Origin: Girardia tigrina
Taxonomy: Eukaryota
Reading direction: 5' to 3'
Assembly (NCBI GenBank): GCA_001938485.1
Contig: MQRK01252507.1
Coordinates: forward strand, 141,021-191,877
DNA: 50,857 nt
A program made the translations under genes and the position numbers. How positions within the stretch are numbered: the first letter of the stretch is position 1; every line of letters starts with the position of its first letter. Below are positions 48,495 to 50,857 of the stretch, in pieces. Below the pieces are notes generated by a model. It saw nothing but the letters and a program-made list of their open reading frames with translations. It was not told the DNA's origin and did no database searches.

Positions 48495-48725
48495 AAACAT
48501 ATTTAATAAATTGTCTTGTGTTATTTTGAACTTTTCTAACAATTTTATATAACGATTTTATATCTTTAAAGGTCCGATATTCTGAGAATTTAACTATCTT
48601 GAGTCATTAGTAATTCGTGAAATTAAAGGAATACAGATTCAGTAGAGGTTTCTATATAAAACTACTTTGTTAATCCACATTCGGGGGAAGGATTAAACCT
48701 CTTCCACCCAGTGTTTTAATAAATT

Positions 48726-48743
48726 TGGTGCCGCGAACCGGGA
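48726..48743 (+). promoter_or_regulatory. primer-binding site (tRNA-His-like)
   Basis: 18-nt TGG-initiated sequence complementary to a tRNA 3' end ..CGGCACCA. Confidence 0.75.
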
Positions 48744-49328
48744 CACAAAAACTCCTTGGTCGCGCATTTAAAATAAATTAAATTCTCCCTAAGTTTAAAG
48801 TCATTAAATATTGAAATTGATAAAAGTTATAAAAAAGTGATTAAATTGAAATTGAAGTATTGAATAATAATTAAATTGAAAAAAGAGAATATTGAATAAA
48901 TTTGATTATTTGAATTTTATTGAATTGCGAAAAAACTAATTGATTGATTGTCCAATTGAGCTAGGTCTCGACGTATTAATATTTATAAGTTTCAGGGTAC
49001 AATTTGAGATTAAGTTTGGATTCGGGTATCAACGATTAGCTTCTGGTGAAAAAATTGTTTAATTGTGATTTATCCTTATTGATTTTTGTGATTTCAAAAA
49101 AAAATTTTTTTGTTGTTGTGTTCATTGCCTAAACTGAAATCGAATTGATATATTGTCTAAATTGAAATTGATTTATCTTTAATTGAATTTAATAAAATTA
49201 TTTTTGCATATTTTCTATATTCGTGCAACGCACTTTCACAAAACATGTGACACATAATAAAAAAACAAGATAATCAAGAAAACATAGATAATAATTCAAG
49301 AGACAATACACCTACACTAAGGCGAAAA

Positions 49329-50440
49329 ATGACCAAAAGTTTTGATTCTATTCCACTGGATCCCAACAACGGGAAACCAGAACATTTCGACATATACTTT
49401 GAGAATTACAGAAACCTTGCTGTCGCATGTAATTGGACAGAAGGCGAGATGATACAAAGATTACCTTTGTACCTAAAGGGATACACATTACAAGCATATA
49501 CAAATATAAAGAAGGATAACATAAAAACAATTAGTGAATTAATTAAAACACTTAGAAGTGTAATAGTTTTCGACACAGAGCTAACAAAACTCTACACACG
49601 ATCATTCAGGAACCGCACGCAAAAGCAAAACGAAAATATTGTAGAATATATTCACACTAAGAGAATTAGCTGATAAGGCATTTGGGGAGAATACCCAAGT
49701 TGATAATTTAATACTTGATCAATTTCAAAGTGGCGTGCACGAGTATATAAAAAATGCCTTGGTAATAATTGATTTTGTCGATCTGAATGATTTAGTACAA
49801 AAAGCTAGACGTATCAGCTATGTGAGTAGGGAAAAGCCGAACTTGGAATTGTACGCTTGTAACCCCTCACAAGATAATAAAAAATATAATGGTGATAGAA
49901 ACTCACCAAGAGATGTAGTAATCCAACGAGGTTTTAATGCACAACGGGGATCTATTCGAGGAAATAGATCCACGAATAATTATCATAATGATAATTTAAA
50001 GAATAACTATCAGAATGATAGTTCTAGAAATAACTACCAGGTTGAAAGTAAAAAAAAATAATAATAGAAATAACGATAATTACAGAGGCAATAATTATAG
50101 AGGGAACGGTAGAAACAATTATCAGAATTATAATAGAAATTCTCAGGAGAATAACAATAGAAGTGATAATGAATATTACAGGAATAATAACAATAATTCG
50201 AGAAATTTTCGAGGACGAGGAAATAATCGAGGTAATATTAGAGGTAGAATTTTTAAATAGAGACACAAGTAGAAATAATTATCAGAATAATGATCAAGGA
50301 AATCAGAAGAATAATTATTTACAAAGGACTTATCAAAGTCCTCAACGAGAAAAAGTAAATAGTGAAGGCGAAATACAATGTTATACTTGTAAGAAATATG
50401 GGCACACTAGTAGAACTTGCAATAAAAATAAGGATAATTT
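49329..50440 (+). pseudogene. gag: gag (frameshifted) with an Asn/Arg/Gly-rich region and a CCHC knuckle
   Basis: ACNW..LPLYLKG, RTQKQNENIVEY (major homology region-like) and CYTCKKYGHTSRTC. Confidence 0.9.
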
Positions 50441-50521
50441 TGTTGTTAGTTTGCTACGTTTAATGCTGGGAACAATTAATTGAATTGATGTTTGAAATAA
50501 TTCTGTTCAAGCAAATATATA

Positions 50522-50857
50522 TTAGGTTGTTCGATATGAAACGGGTCAAAATTAAAGTAAAATGTAAATCGATTTTTTTTAAATAATAACATTTTATTTT
50601 TAATCAAAATATCCCCCCATGTTGTCAACACACTGTTGCCATTTCAATGGTAACACATTTACCCCTTTAGTATAAAACACTGATTCACGAGAGTCAATGA
50701 ATTCTTGAAAGGCCGTTTTCACAGCCCCCGAAGAAGTGAATTTTTCCCCGACAAGAAGTTGTCCAAGCTTGGGAAAAAGTGGTAGTCCGTGGGTGCGAGA
50801 TCCGGTGAATATGGTGGGTGGCGAAGAGTTTCGAGACCCAACTGCTGTAGCTTTGCC
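50522..50857 (-). mobile_element. mariner (D,D34D) element right end with transposase C-terminus; runs off the window
   Basis: TA|TTAGGTTG TIR; open frame ..LRHPPYSPDLAPTDYHFFPSLDNFL...KWQQCVDNMGGYFD*, stop at 50600-50602. Confidence 0.95.

Larger units (their letters stand above)
48444..50483 (+). mobile_element. Gypsy-type LTR retrotransposon 5' part (LTR, PBS, gag)
   Basis: PBS TGGTGCCGCGAACCGGGA at 48726-48743, about 600-nt leader, then gag. LTR start is approximate. Confidence 0.85.

Overview
AT-rich animal genomic DNA with short GT-AG introns and three N gaps; the host is possibly a planarian or similar invertebrate (inference only). Host genes: two tandem minus-strand copies of a 4-coumarate-CoA-ligase/luciferase-like acyl-CoA synthetase, one with intact 5' exons and one degraded. 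Almost all the rest is nested mobile DNA: Penelope, LINE, four LTR retrotransposons, MULE, Helitron, piggyBac MITE, Tigger, Chapaev3, two hAT-type elements and a mariner. The most notable content is two divergent copies of an endogenous Polinton/adintovirus-like virus. Copy 1 (about 20.05-29.77 kb) has an A32/FtsK packaging ATPase, a parvovirus-type PLA2 fused to a zinc finger and rve integrase, a double-jelly-roll capsid and a pX-like protein. Copy 2 (about 45.8-47.9 kb) keeps the ATPase and PLA2-integrase. Also notable: two related compact LTR elements have no TGG primer site, and the 12 nt after the LTR look complementary to nt 1-12 of a tRNA. All family calls come from motif recognition by eye; no searches were run.
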